Positions 7,773 through 15,415 of a stretch of DNA of 64,000 bases are shown one piece after another. The stretch spans positions 8,486 to 72,485 of the forward strand of contig DASXCO010000181.1 of assembly GCA_036491125.1 (NCBI GenBank), in the 5' to 3' direction. Within the stretch, counting starts at the first letter, position 1, and the number at the start of each line of letters is the position of its first letter. Source of the DNA: Acidimicrobiales bacterium (GTDB lineage: Bacteria; Actinomycetota; Acidimicrobiia; Acidimicrobiales; AC-9). The translations under genes and the position numbers were made by a program. The notes beneath the pieces were generated by a model. It was given only the letters and a program-made list of their open reading frames with translations, did not search any database and was not told where the DNA came from.

Positions 7773-8350
7773 GACCGCCGGCCGGCGTGTTCGTGCACGA
7801 GCACGCCCTGCTGGAGACCGACGACGTTGGCGCCGGGACCAGGATCTGGGCCTTTGCGCACGTGTTGGGCGGTGCCCGGATCGGTCGAGACTGCAACGTC
7901 TGCGACCACGTCTTCATCGAGGACGACGTGTCGATCGGCAACGACGTCACGGTGAAGAACGGGGTGCTCATCTTCGACAGGGTGACGATCGAGGATGAGG
8001 TCTTCATCGGCCCCGGCACCGTGTTCACCAACGATCGCCTGCCGCGCGTCACCTCGCCCCGGCAGACTCCCACCCTGCTTCCGACCCTCGTCCGGCGCGG
8101 CGCCAGCATCGGTGCGAACGTCACGGTCCTCAGCGATCTGACCGTCGGCGCTCGGGCCTTCGTCGCTGCCGGATCCGTCGTCAGTGGCGACGTCCCACCT
8201 CACGGGCTCATGATGGGCAACCCGGCGCGCCGCGTCGGATGGGTCTGCTCCTGCGGGAAGCGACTCCCGCCGTCGCTGCGGTGCGAGTGCGGGCGGGCGT
8301 TCACCCTGTCCGGCGAGGTCGAGGGTCCCCTGCCCGCGGCCGGACCCTAG
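7769..8350 (+). CDS. left-handed beta-helix sugar N-acetyltransferase (WbpD/WlbB/QdtC-like)
   Basis: Track ORF trimmed to ATG 7769 (ATGA overlap with the aminotransferase stop). Hexapeptide repeats (IGRDCNVCDHVFIEDDVSIGNDVTVKNGVLIF..). C-terminal WVCSCG..RCECG Cys4 knuckle. Confidence 0.85.
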   Translation: MRPPAGVFVHEHALLETDDVGAGTRIWAFAHVLGGARIGRDCNVCDHVFIEDDVSIGNDVTVKNGVLIFDRVTIEDEVFIGPGTVFTNDRLPRVTSPRQTPTLLPTLVRRGASIGANVTVLSDLTVGARAFVAAGSVVSGDVPPHGLMMGNPARRVGWVCSCGKRLPPSLRCECGRAFTLSGEVEGPLPAAGP

Positions 8351-8390
8351 GTTGACAGGTCCGACCGGGCGGCCGTGCAGCCGGATCGTG

Positions 8391-9023
8391 CTAGCGAGGC
8401 GGTATCGGTGGGTTCGCCCTCGGTCGGGTGATCTCGAAGAACCCCGGTTCCTGGGAGAGGATCTGGATGGCGTCCCACAACCGGGCGGCCCCTTCGCCGG
8501 TCGGGGCTGGTGCCATCACCGGGCCCTTGAGACCATGTGGCGGGTCGGTCCGCACGACGATCGTCGGCGTCTGGGTCTTGTGCCCGCCGAACTGGTATGC
8601 GATGTCCATGGCCTCGACGATCGGGGCGTCCCACTTCTCGTCGTCGGCTGCGGTGAGAACGTCGGCGTCGAGCCCGCAGGCCGCCGCGCAGGCGGACAGG
8701 AGCGTGTCATCGCGCGCCGTATCGGAGGCGAAGAACCGAGCGCCCCACTCGGTGTACAGGGCGTCGACGGCCTCCTCGCCGTGTGCCGCCCGCGCCGCCT
8801 CGAAGATGCGAAGCATGCGGTGGGACAGGGCGTGGCCGCGAAGGGCAGCCTCGCGCAGGTGCTGGGGGACGGTCGCAGCCACGCCGTAGTCGTCGCGGAT
8901 CTCGAGACAGTAGGAGGGCCAGCTCAGTGACAGGCCGCGCTCGGGGGCCACCTCCTTGAGCCAGCGACCCGTGATCCATGCCCACGGGCAACTCGGATCC
9001 ACGTACATCTCGACGTCGGTCAT
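8391..9023 (-). CDS. DsbA-like thioredoxin-fold protein (Rv2466c-like family), monothiol CPWA variant
   Basis: MYVDPSCPWAWITGRWL N-terminus, alpha-helical insertion and ..TQTPTIVV.. are typical of actinobacterial DSBA-like oxidoreductases. The second Cys of CxxC is Ala. Confidence 0.7.
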   Translation of the reverse strand: MTDVEMYVDPSCPWAWITGRWLKEVAPERGLSLSWPSYCLEIRDDYGVAATVPQHLREAALRGHALSHRMLRIFEAARAAHGEEAVDALYTEWGARFFASDTARDDTLLSACAAACGLDADVLTAADDEKWDAPIVEAMDIAYQFGGHKTQTPTIVVRTDPPHGLKGPVMAPAPTGEGAARLWDAIQILSQEPGFFEITRPRANPPIPPR

Positions 9024-9062
9024 CGCGTCAGACTATCCAGTCACGATCCTGGGACGACCTCG

Positions 9063-9395
9063 TCAGGCGTCGCTGTCGCCGGGCGAGCCGCCCGCCACCT
9101 CGTAGGACCAGAGCTCCGACGAGACCGAGACAGGGCCCCCATGGGGTGAGGGGCGGTCCGCTCCGGCGTGCCCGTGGGCGAAGGCCGGCGAGCTGACCCA
9201 GGCCTGGAACGCCCCCTCGTCCCGCCAGGTCGTGACGACGAGCCATTGATGCCGTCCGTCGGTCGGCCGCAGCAGCTGAAAGCCCTCGAAGCCGTCCTGA
9301 TCATCGACGGCGTGGGCACGGGCGGCGAAGCGCCGGGCGAGCTCGTCGCCGGAGTCCTCGGGGACGGTGATGGCGTTGATCTTGATCACGGTCAT
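9063..9395 (-). CDS. mhuD: heme-degrading monooxygenase, IsdG/MhuD family (ABM fold)
   Basis: MTVIKINAITVPEDSGDELARRFAARAHAVDDQDGFEGFQLLRP..W.VVTTWRDEGAFQAWVSSPAFAHGHAG is colinear with M. tuberculosis MhuD as I recall it. The Asn7, Trp66 and His74/76 equivalents are present. Confidence 0.8.
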   Translation of the reverse strand: MTVIKINAITVPEDSGDELARRFAARAHAVDDQDGFEGFQLLRPTDGRHQWLVVTTWRDEGAFQAWVSSPAFAHGHAGADRPSPHGGPVSVSSELWSYEVAGGSPGDSDA

Positions 9396-9460
9396 GCACC
9401 GATTTGATCAGAGTCGGCTCGGGCGAGGGACATCGGGAACTGCCTCACCCGCTCGCCGCG

Positions 9461-9592
9461 TCAGTCGTCGATCGCCGCGTACGCCCCGGTGAGGAAGTCG
9501 AGGGCGATGTCCGGCGGGTTGGGCGAGCTCCAGGCCGCGTTGGTCATCAATACGGCGACCATCTGCTCGGAAGGGTGTCCGGAAGTGGTCAT
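9461..9592 (-). CDS. candidate small ORF (43 aa) directly after the ABC-2 permease
   Basis: Own translation (below the track length cutoff): MTTSGHPSEQMVAVLMTNAAWSSPNPPDIALDFLTGAYAAIDD. GAGG lies 8 nt upstream, and the ORF starts 9 nt after the permease stop. 38 of 43 codons end in G/C, as in real genes here. Confidence 0.3.
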   Translation of the reverse strand: MTTSGHPSEQMVAVLMTNAAWSSPNPPDIALDFLTGAYAAIDD

Positions 9593-9601
9593 CAGTGAAC
9601 C

Positions 9602-10432
9602 TCACGCCTGCTTCAGGCGGCCCCTCAGGGCGCCGAAGCACAGGGCCATGCTGACGACGGCGACCACCGCGATGGCGGCGAGCGCCTGGCCGAGCTCGCT
9701 CCACTGCCAGCCCTGCATGGTGAGCGACCGCAAGCCGCCGAGGACGTAGGTGACCGGGTTCCAGGCGGCGACGGTGTTCAACCAGCCGGTGAGCTGCGAT
9801 CGGGGCACGTACGAGGACGTGAGGAACAGGAACGGGAAGAACAGCAGGAAGGCGCTGTTCACCGCGGCCGGGTTACCCGTCTTGAGTGCGATGGCGTAGC
9901 CGAACCCGGCGAACGCCAGACTCCAGAGGGCGGCGAACAGGACGAAGACGACGACACCCAGCGGCCCGGCCTCGAAGTTGACGCCGAGGGCGAAGCCCAG
10001 GATGACGATGGGCACGGTGAGGGCGCAGGCCACAGCGACGTCAGCCACCATGTGCCCGAGCAGGATGGAGAGCCGGCGCACGGGTGTCATCAGCAGCCGG
10101 TCGAAGTAGCCGTTCTCGACGTCGAGGACGAGCGCTGGCGCCCGGGAGATCCCGGTGACCCCGAGCAGGATGGCCGTCGCCATCATGAAGGCCTTGAAGT
10201 CGAAGCCCCCGATGCTCCTCTCGGTCAGGCGCTGCAGCGTCCCGATATTGACCACGAAGAAGAACAGCGCGATGAAGACGGGCGGGATGACCGCCGTCAT
10301 GTCGCGGGGGATGGCGCGCAATGCCCGCCCGGCGATGGAAATGACGTCACGGGCGAAACCGGCCTGGCGGGGCCGGATCGCGCTGGGCCGGAGCTCGGTC
10401 CGCTGGCCGGTCGTGATCACGGTCGCTGTCAT
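9602..10432 (-). CDS. ABC-2 type exporter permease (DrrB-like)
   Basis: 276 aa with six hydrophobic segments, typical of the ABC-2 family. ATGA overlap with the upstream ATPase gene. Confidence 0.85.
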   Translation of the reverse strand: MTATVITTGQRTELRPSAIRPRQAGFARDVISIAGRALRAIPRDMTAVIPPVFIALFFFVVNIGTLQRLTERSIGGFDFKAFMMATAILLGVTGISRAPALVLDVENGYFDRLLMTPVRRLSILLGHMVADVAVACALTVPIVILGFALGVNFEAGPLGVVVFVLFAALWSLAFAGFGYAIALKTGNPAAVNSAFLLFFPFLFLTSSYVPRSQLTGWLNTVAAWNPVTYVLGGLRSLTMQGWQWSELGQALAAIAVVAVVSMALCFGALRGRLKQA

Positions 10433-11403
10433 TGGGTGACCTCCTCGATCTCCTCGTCGATGCCTTCCTCCGGGCGGATATGGGTACCGGTCAGCTCGAG
10501 AAACACGTCGTCCAGCGTCGGGGTGCGCAGCGTCAGGTCCCGGACCTGGATGCCGCCGCCGGCGAGGGCGACGGCGACGGGCCCGATCGTCCCGGCGCCG
10601 TTGGTTGCCGTGACGACGACCTCGCTGCCGCTGGCATCGACGGCTTGGACGCCGTCCACACGGGCCAGGGAAGCCAGGGCCGTCCCCGCATCGCCGTCCA
10701 CACGGGCGACGATCACGTCGTTTCCGACCTTGCGCTTCAGGTCTGCCGGCGGACCCTCGGCAACGAGGCGACCGGCACTCAGGATGCCGACCCGGTCGGC
10801 CAGCTCGTCAGCCTCCTCCAGGTACTGGGTCGTCAGGAAGATCGTGACCCCGAGCTGGTTGTTGAGGCGGCGGACCTCCTCCCACACCCGGGCTCGACTC
10901 ATCGGATCCAGGCCCGTGGTGGGCTCGTCGAGGAAGAGGACCTCCGGGTTGTGCACCAGGGCGGCGGCCAGGTCGAGGCGCCGGCGCATCCCGCCCGAGT
11001 ACGTGCTGATCGGCCGGGCCAGGGCATCACCGATGTCCACCAGCTCCTTCAGCTCTACCAGCCTCTCCTCGATCTCGCCACGGGTCAGCCCGTAGAGCCG
11101 TCCCTGGAGCCGCAGCAGCTCCTCACCGGTCTGGCGCGGGTCGAGGGCGGCCTCCTGGAGCGCCACGCCGATCCGCAGTCGTACCTGCCCCGGCTCGGTG
11201 GCGACGTCGTGACCAGCCACCGTCGCCCGGCCGGCCGTCGGCGCCAGCAGCGTGCAGAGCACGCGGACGGTCGTTGACTTGCCGGCGCCGTTGGGGCCGA
11301 GGAAGCCGTAGATCTCGCCCTGGCGGATATCGAGGTCCAGCCCGTCGACGGCCGTCACTCCGTCGAACGTGCGGACCAGGCCTTCCGTCGTGATGGCTGG
11401 CAT
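10429..11403 (-). CDS. ABC transporter ATP-binding protein (DrrA-like)
   Basis: Walker A GPNGAGKST, signature YSGGMRRR, Walker B VLFLDEPTTGLD. Track ORF trimmed to ATG 11403, preceded by AAGGAG 7 nt upstream. Confidence 0.9.
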   Translation of the reverse strand: MPAITTEGLVRTFDGVTAVDGLDLDIRQGEIYGFLGPNGAGKSTTVRVLCTLLAPTAGRATVAGHDVATEPGQVRLRIGVALQEAALDPRQTGEELLRLQGRLYGLTRGEIEERLVELKELVDIGDALARPISTYSGGMRRRLDLAAALVHNPEVLFLDEPTTGLDPMSRARVWEEVRRLNNQLGVTIFLTTQYLEEADELADRVGILSAGRLVAEGPPADLKRKVGNDVIVARVDGDAGTALASLARVDGVQAVDASGSEVVVTATNGAGTIGPVAVALAGGGIQVRDLTLRTPTLDDVFLELTGTHIRPEEGIDEEIEEVTQ

Positions 11404-11490
11404 GCGGTGTCTCCTTGGATGATCGGAGGTGTCGCCGACGAGGGCATCGTCGTGAACAGTCAGGCTCGTCATGGCCTCATCTTCCGGGTC

Positions 11491-11516
11491 GAAACCGGCC
11501 ATCTGATGGCCGGTTT
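11491..11516. promoter_or_regulatory. perfect 11-bp inverted repeat AAACCGGCCAT-ctg-ATGGCCGGTTT upstream of the ABC exporter operon
   Basis: Read directly: 11492-11502 pairs with 11506-11516. It lies about 90 nt upstream of the ATPase start and about 140 nt downstream of the WYL regulator stop. It shares GAAACCGGCCA with the repeat at 12632. Confidence 0.5.
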
Positions 11517-11657
11517 GCAGACGAATTTTCGGATGCCATCGGTCGCCTCCGAGCCGCCGTTCTTGCGGAGGGCGGACGTCGGTGGTGAGACGACGACGCC
11601 AACCGAGACTCATCGCTCACCACGACGGGGTTCGGGCGCCGTCGCACCGACTCTGGT

Positions 11658-12614
11658 TCAGCGCTCGCGGTAGGTGGCGGTGAGCTCTGCCCCCACGCGC
11701 GCCAGGCGCTCGCGCAGCTCCTGGGGGTCGAGGACCTCGACGGCGCCGCCGAGCCCGGCGATCTCGCCGGCGAGTGACTCGACGTGATGTCCTCGAAGCT
11801 CGATCTCGACCCGACCGTCGGCGGCCGCCGCTCCGATGCGGACGCGGTTGCCGAGGACCCAACGGCACAGCTGGACGGCGTCCGGGCTGGCGAGGGCCCG
11901 GGCCCGGACCGGCGTGCGACGCTGCTCGATCTCGTCGGTGATCAGCCGCCATGCCTGGGCCAGCTCGAAGCCGGCCGGACGCACGACGGGCTCACCAGTG
12001 GGCTCGACGGCCGTCATGCGGTCGACACGGAACGTCCGCAGCCCCGCGTCGGTGTCCGCCACCAGGTACCACGTCGAGCCCTTGGCGGCCAGGCCGAGCG
12101 GATGCACGACCCGAGTGCTCGGTTCGCGGTTGCGGGCAACGTAACCGAGCGTGACCTGCTCGGCCTCGACGACGGCGCGCTGCACGGCATCGAGGAGCGG
12201 CGGAGCCGGTCGGGGATTCACGTGATCGTCCCAGCCGCCGGGGTCGACCACCACGGCCGCCGAGGCCGCCTCGGCACCGGACCGCAGCGGCTCGGGGAGG
12301 GCGCGCACCAGCTTGCGAAGGGCGGCCTTCACCTGAGGGGTGGCCGAAGCGGTGGACGGCCCCGCGATCAGGAACAGAGCCCGAGCCTCACCGGCGGTGA
12401 GGCCGCTCAGGTCGGTGCGCCCGCCGCCGGCCAAGCGCCAGCCGCCGTTGCGACCCTGCTGCGAGTAGATGGGCAGGCCGGCCACACCGAGGGCCTCCAG
12501 GTCGCGACGGGCGGTCCGCTCCGAGATCTCCAGCTCCTCGGCGACCTCCGCCGCCGTCAGGTGGCCGCGGGCTTGGAGGAGAAGGAGGATGGCGACGAGC
12601 CGGTCGGCGCGCAC
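11658..12614 (-). CDS. HTH + WYL domain transcriptional regulator (YafY/PafBC-like family)
   Basis: N-terminal HTH MRADRLVAILLLLQARGHLTAAEVAEELEISERTARRDLEAL, and a central WYL module ..GSTWYLVADTDAGLRTFRVDRM.. GTG start. Confidence 0.9.
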   Translation of the reverse strand: MRADRLVAILLLLQARGHLTAAEVAEELEISERTARRDLEALGVAGLPIYSQQGRNGGWRLAGGGRTDLSGLTAGEARALFLIAGPSTASATPQVKAALRKLVRALPEPLRSGAEAASAAVVVDPGGWDDHVNPRPAPPLLDAVQRAVVEAEQVTLGYVARNREPSTRVVHPLGLAAKGSTWYLVADTDAGLRTFRVDRMTAVEPTGEPVVRPAGFELAQAWRLITDEIEQRRTPVRARALASPDAVQLCRWVLGNRVRIGAAAADGRVEIELRGHHVESLAGEIAGLGGAVEVLDPQELRERLARVGAELTATYRER

Positions 12615-12631
12615 CGGATCATCTTCTCAGA

Positions 12632-12658
12632 GAAACCGGCCAGGACCTGACCGGTTTC
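12632..12658. promoter_or_regulatory. inverted repeat GAAACCGG-N11-CCGGTTTC in the divergent WYL-regulator/VOC promoter region
   Basis: Read directly: 12632-12639 pairs with 12651-12658. It lies 18 nt from the regulator start codon and 48 nt upstream of the VOC start codon. Confidence 0.5.
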
Positions 12659-12705
12659 GGGCCTCATGCTGCGATCCGCGCCGCAACCCGAGGAGGACGA
12701 AAATC

Positions 12706-13074
12706 ATGGACTGGAAGCTCGAGCTGGTACAGGTGCCGGTCTCGGACGTCGACCGCTCGAAGGCGTTCTACGCGGACATGGCCGGCTTCAATGCTGACAA
12801 CGACGTCACGGTCAGCGATGAGATCCGCTTCGTGCAGCTGACCCCACCCGGGTCGGCGTGCTCGATCGCCATCGGGACGGGACTCACTGAGATGCCGCCG
12901 GGCGCCGTTCAGGGACTCCAGCTGGTCGTTGCCGACATCGGGCCAGCGCGGGCCGAGCTCGTCGATCGTGGTGTCGACGTCAGCGAGGTCCAGGACTTCC
13001 CTTGGGGTTCGTTCGTGTACTTCCAGGACCCCGACGGCAACGGATGGGCGGTGCAGCAGGTCCCACCTCGGTAG
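12706..13074 (+). CDS. VOC (glyoxalase/bleomycin-resistance/dioxygenase) family protein
   Basis: Track ORF trimmed to ATG 12706 (AGGAGG 12691-12696). ..LVQVPVSDVDRSKAFY.. and ..FVYFQDPDGNGWAVQQ are VOC beta-alpha-beta-beta-beta motifs. Confidence 0.85.
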   Translation: MDWKLELVQVPVSDVDRSKAFYADMAGFNADNDVTVSDEIRFVQLTPPGSACSIAIGTGLTEMPPGAVQGLQLVVADIGPARAELVDRGVDVSEVQDFPWGSFVYFQDPDGNGWAVQQVPPR

Positions 13075-13088
13075 GCGTCAGTCATAGG

Positions 13089-13247
13089 GTGCCAGCCATA
13101 GCACTCACTCATTCCGAACAGCAGTTCCTCGCCGGCCAGCAGCAGGGGCGGCTTGCGACCGTGGCGCCAGGAGGTTTCCCCCACGTGAAGCCGGTCGGCT
13201 TCTCGTACAACGTCGAGCTCGGCTCGATCGACATCGGTGGGTGGTAG
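13089..13247 (+). pseudogene. 5' remnant of a PPOX-class (F420/FMN split-barrel) oxidoreductase gene
   Basis: VPAIALTHSEQQFLAGQQQGRLATVAPGGFPHVKPVGFSYNVELGSIDIGGW then stop. This is only the first ~50 aa of a normally ~130-150-aa family. The convergent gene ends 7 nt later, so no room remains for the rest. Confidence 0.5.
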
Positions 13248-13253
13248 ATGCCG

Positions 13254-14459
13254 CTACTCCAGCCCGAGCTGCTCGACGAGTGTGTCCACGTCGACACCCT
13301 CGGGAATGAGCCCCAGGCGATCGGCGTCGGCCAGCAGCTCCCGTGCTGACTTGGGCCACCACGGCGGCGAGGCCGCGCTCTCGATCGTTGCCGGATCCAC
13401 GGGCGACCGGGTCGCGGACGCCTGGTAGACGGCGAAGCACAGCTGCAGGACCTCGATGGCGCGTGGGCCGGACATCTCTGGCTGCGTTCCCTCGAGCAGG
13501 GCGTCGACGAAGGCGCGAGATGCCAGGCGAAAGCCCGTTCCCCAGTCGGCGTCCAGATTCGAGAAGGAGACCATCGTGCCGTCGGAACGGTGCCAGAGCA
13601 GGGGAGAAAGGTCGAGCATCTCGCCCGTCGCTCGGGTGACCCAGACGAACCCGTCGGTGCCCTGCACCTCGAAGACCTCGTCGGCGCCGTAGTAGCGGGT
13701 CCGTAGTCGCATGTGGGGCGCGTGCGTGACTTCCATCGTCGCCAGCAGATCGTCACGTTCGTACTCGAAGATGGCCGCTGTCGGGGCCTCGAAGAACAGC
13801 GCTCCGCGGCGCACGACCGCCTGCACGCTGCGGATCCGCTCAGGGAACAGCCACAAGGCAACTGCGTACTTGTGGACGACATCGTCGAAGAGGTGCCCCC
13901 CCGGGCTCCTGCTGTCGAACCGCCACTCGTAGCCAGTGGGATCGAGAGCGGACTGGAAGGGCGAGTCGGTGTCGCCGACGACCGTGCGGATGCGGAGCAT
14001 CGTGGGCGTCCCGATGGCGCCGTCGGCGATCAGCCGCTTCGCCTCGACCAGGGGCGGATAGTGATAGAAGCACTCCGAGACGCGGAACACGATCCCCGCC
14101 TCCTCCGCAGCAGCAAGCATGATCCGCGCCTCGGTCACGCTGTTGGCGACGGGCTTCTGGCAGCTGACGTGCTTGCCGGCGCGGGCCGCGGCGACGACGT
14201 GGTCCTTGTGCAGGTGGGTTGGCGTCAGGATCTCGACTGCGTCGATGTCCCGGTCGTCGAGAAGATCCTCCAAACGTGTATAGACGCGGGGTACGTCCCA
14301 CTCACGCGCCCGGCGCTCGGCCACCTCGGCGCGCGGGTCACAGACCGCAACAACGTCGCAGCGCTCGTGCTCGAGGTAGCCCGCCAGGTTGAGGGGCGCG
14401 ATGTTCCCCGCGCCTACCACCCCGAGCCGCACCCGCTCCATAGAGCCCTCCTGGTTCAT
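13254..14459 (-). CDS. Gfo/Idh/MocA family oxidoreductase
   Basis: VRLGVVGAGNIAPLNLAGYL Rossmann start and CQKPV (EKP-type) motif; 401 aa. ATGA overlap with the stop of the upstream LigD-Pol gene. Confidence 0.85.
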   Translation of the reverse strand: MNQEGSMERVRLGVVGAGNIAPLNLAGYLEHERCDVVAVCDPRAEVAERRAREWDVPRVYTRLEDLLDDRDIDAVEILTPTHLHKDHVVAAARAGKHVSCQKPVANSVTEARIMLAAAEEAGIVFRVSECFYHYPPLVEAKRLIADGAIGTPTMLRIRTVVGDTDSPFQSALDPTGYEWRFDSRSPGGHLFDDVVHKYAVALWLFPERIRSVQAVVRRGALFFEAPTAAIFEYERDDLLATMEVTHAPHMRLRTRYYGADEVFEVQGTDGFVWVTRATGEMLDLSPLLWHRSDGTMVSFSNLDADWGTGFRLASRAFVDALLEGTQPEMSGPRAIEVLQLCFAVYQASATRSPVDPATIESAASPPWWPKSARELLADADRLGLIPEGVDVDTLVEQLGLE

Positions 14460-15415
14460 TCGTCGTCGGCGAGTCGATCACCCTCGCGCTCGTCGCGCTC
14501 GGCCCATTCGATCAGCTCGTCGAGGGAGTAGACCGCCGCGTCGATTCCAGCGTGAAGGTCGCCGAGCTTCGCGAACCGTCCCCCGACGGTGGAGACGGTG
14601 CAGTCACCAGGTACGACATCGTCGATCTCGTCCCACATGATGGGCGTCGAGACCGTCGCCCTGCTCACCCCGCGGACCGAGTACGCGGCAGCGATGGTGT
14701 GGTCTCGGCTGTTCTGGTTGTAGTCGACGAAGACCTTGCCCGGCTCTCGGTCTTTGCGCCACCACGTGGTGGTGGCCATCGTCGGAGCCCGGCGCTCGAC
14801 CTCGCGGGCGAAGGCCAACGCCGCCCGCCGGACGTCCCCGAAACTCCAGCTCGCCTCGATGCGCACGTAGATGTGCAGGCCTGAGCCGCCCGAGGTCTTC
14901 GGCCACCCCGTAGCCCCGAGCTCTGTCAGCACCTCCTGTGCGACGTGGGCGACGCGTCGTACGGTGTCAAAGTCGCATTCGGGCATCGGGTCGAGGTCGA
15001 TGCGCCATTCGTCGGGCCGTTCGACGTCTGTGCGACGGCAGTTCCAGGGATGAAACTCGACTGTCGACATCTGCACCGCCCAGATGACGCTGGCCAACTC
15101 GGTCACGCACAGCTCGTCGGCGTGTCGGCCCGAGGGGAAGTCGACACGCACGGTCTCGATCCAGTCCGGGGAGCCGCTCGGGATTCGCTTCTGATGGACC
15201 TTCTCGCCGTCGACGCCCCGGGGAAACCGGTGCAACATACAGGGCCGGTCACGCAAGGCCCGAAGAATCCCGTCTCCGACGCTCACGTAGTAGCGAATCA
15301 GGTCGAGCTTGGTCACGCCGAGCGCCGGGAAGTAGACGCGATCGGGGTTTGTGATTCGGACGGTCCGTCCCTCGACCGGGAGATCGACCCGCGATGATGT
15401 GTCGGTCTCAGCCAC
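14456..15415 (-). CDS. stand-alone LigD polymerase/primase domain protein (NHEJ PolDom, AEP superfamily)
   Basis: RIDLDP (metal-binding DxD), SGGSGLHIYV and VDYNQNSRDHTIAAAYSVR are LigD-Pol motifs. Start set to GTG 15415, overlapping the MarR stop by 8 nt. No ligase or nuclease domain. Confidence 0.85.
   Translation of the reverse strand: MAETDTSSRVDLPVEGRTVRITNPDRVYFPALGVTKLDLIRYYVSVGDGILRALRDRPCMLHRFPRGVDGEKVHQKRIPSGSPDWIETVRVDFPSGRHADELCVTELASVIWAVQMSTVEFHPWNCRRTDVERPDEWRIDLDPMPECDFDTVRRVAHVAQEVLTELGATGWPKTSGGSGLHIYVRIEASWSFGDVRRAALAFAREVERRAPTMATTTWWRKDREPGKVFVDYNQNSRDHTIAAAYSVRGVSRATVSTPIMWDEIDDVVPGDCTVSTVGGRFAKLGDLHAGIDAAVYSLDELIEWAERDEREGDRLADDE

Noticed and set aside
11492-11516. Interpreting the 11-bp perfect inverted repeat as an intrinsic terminator of the WYL regulator gene
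   Set aside because: It lies about 140 nt past the stop and has only a 3-nt loop. There is no convincing U-tract on the relevant strand. It shares its half-site with the repeat in the regulator's own promoter region, so an operator is the better reading. The terminator reading is not fully excluded.
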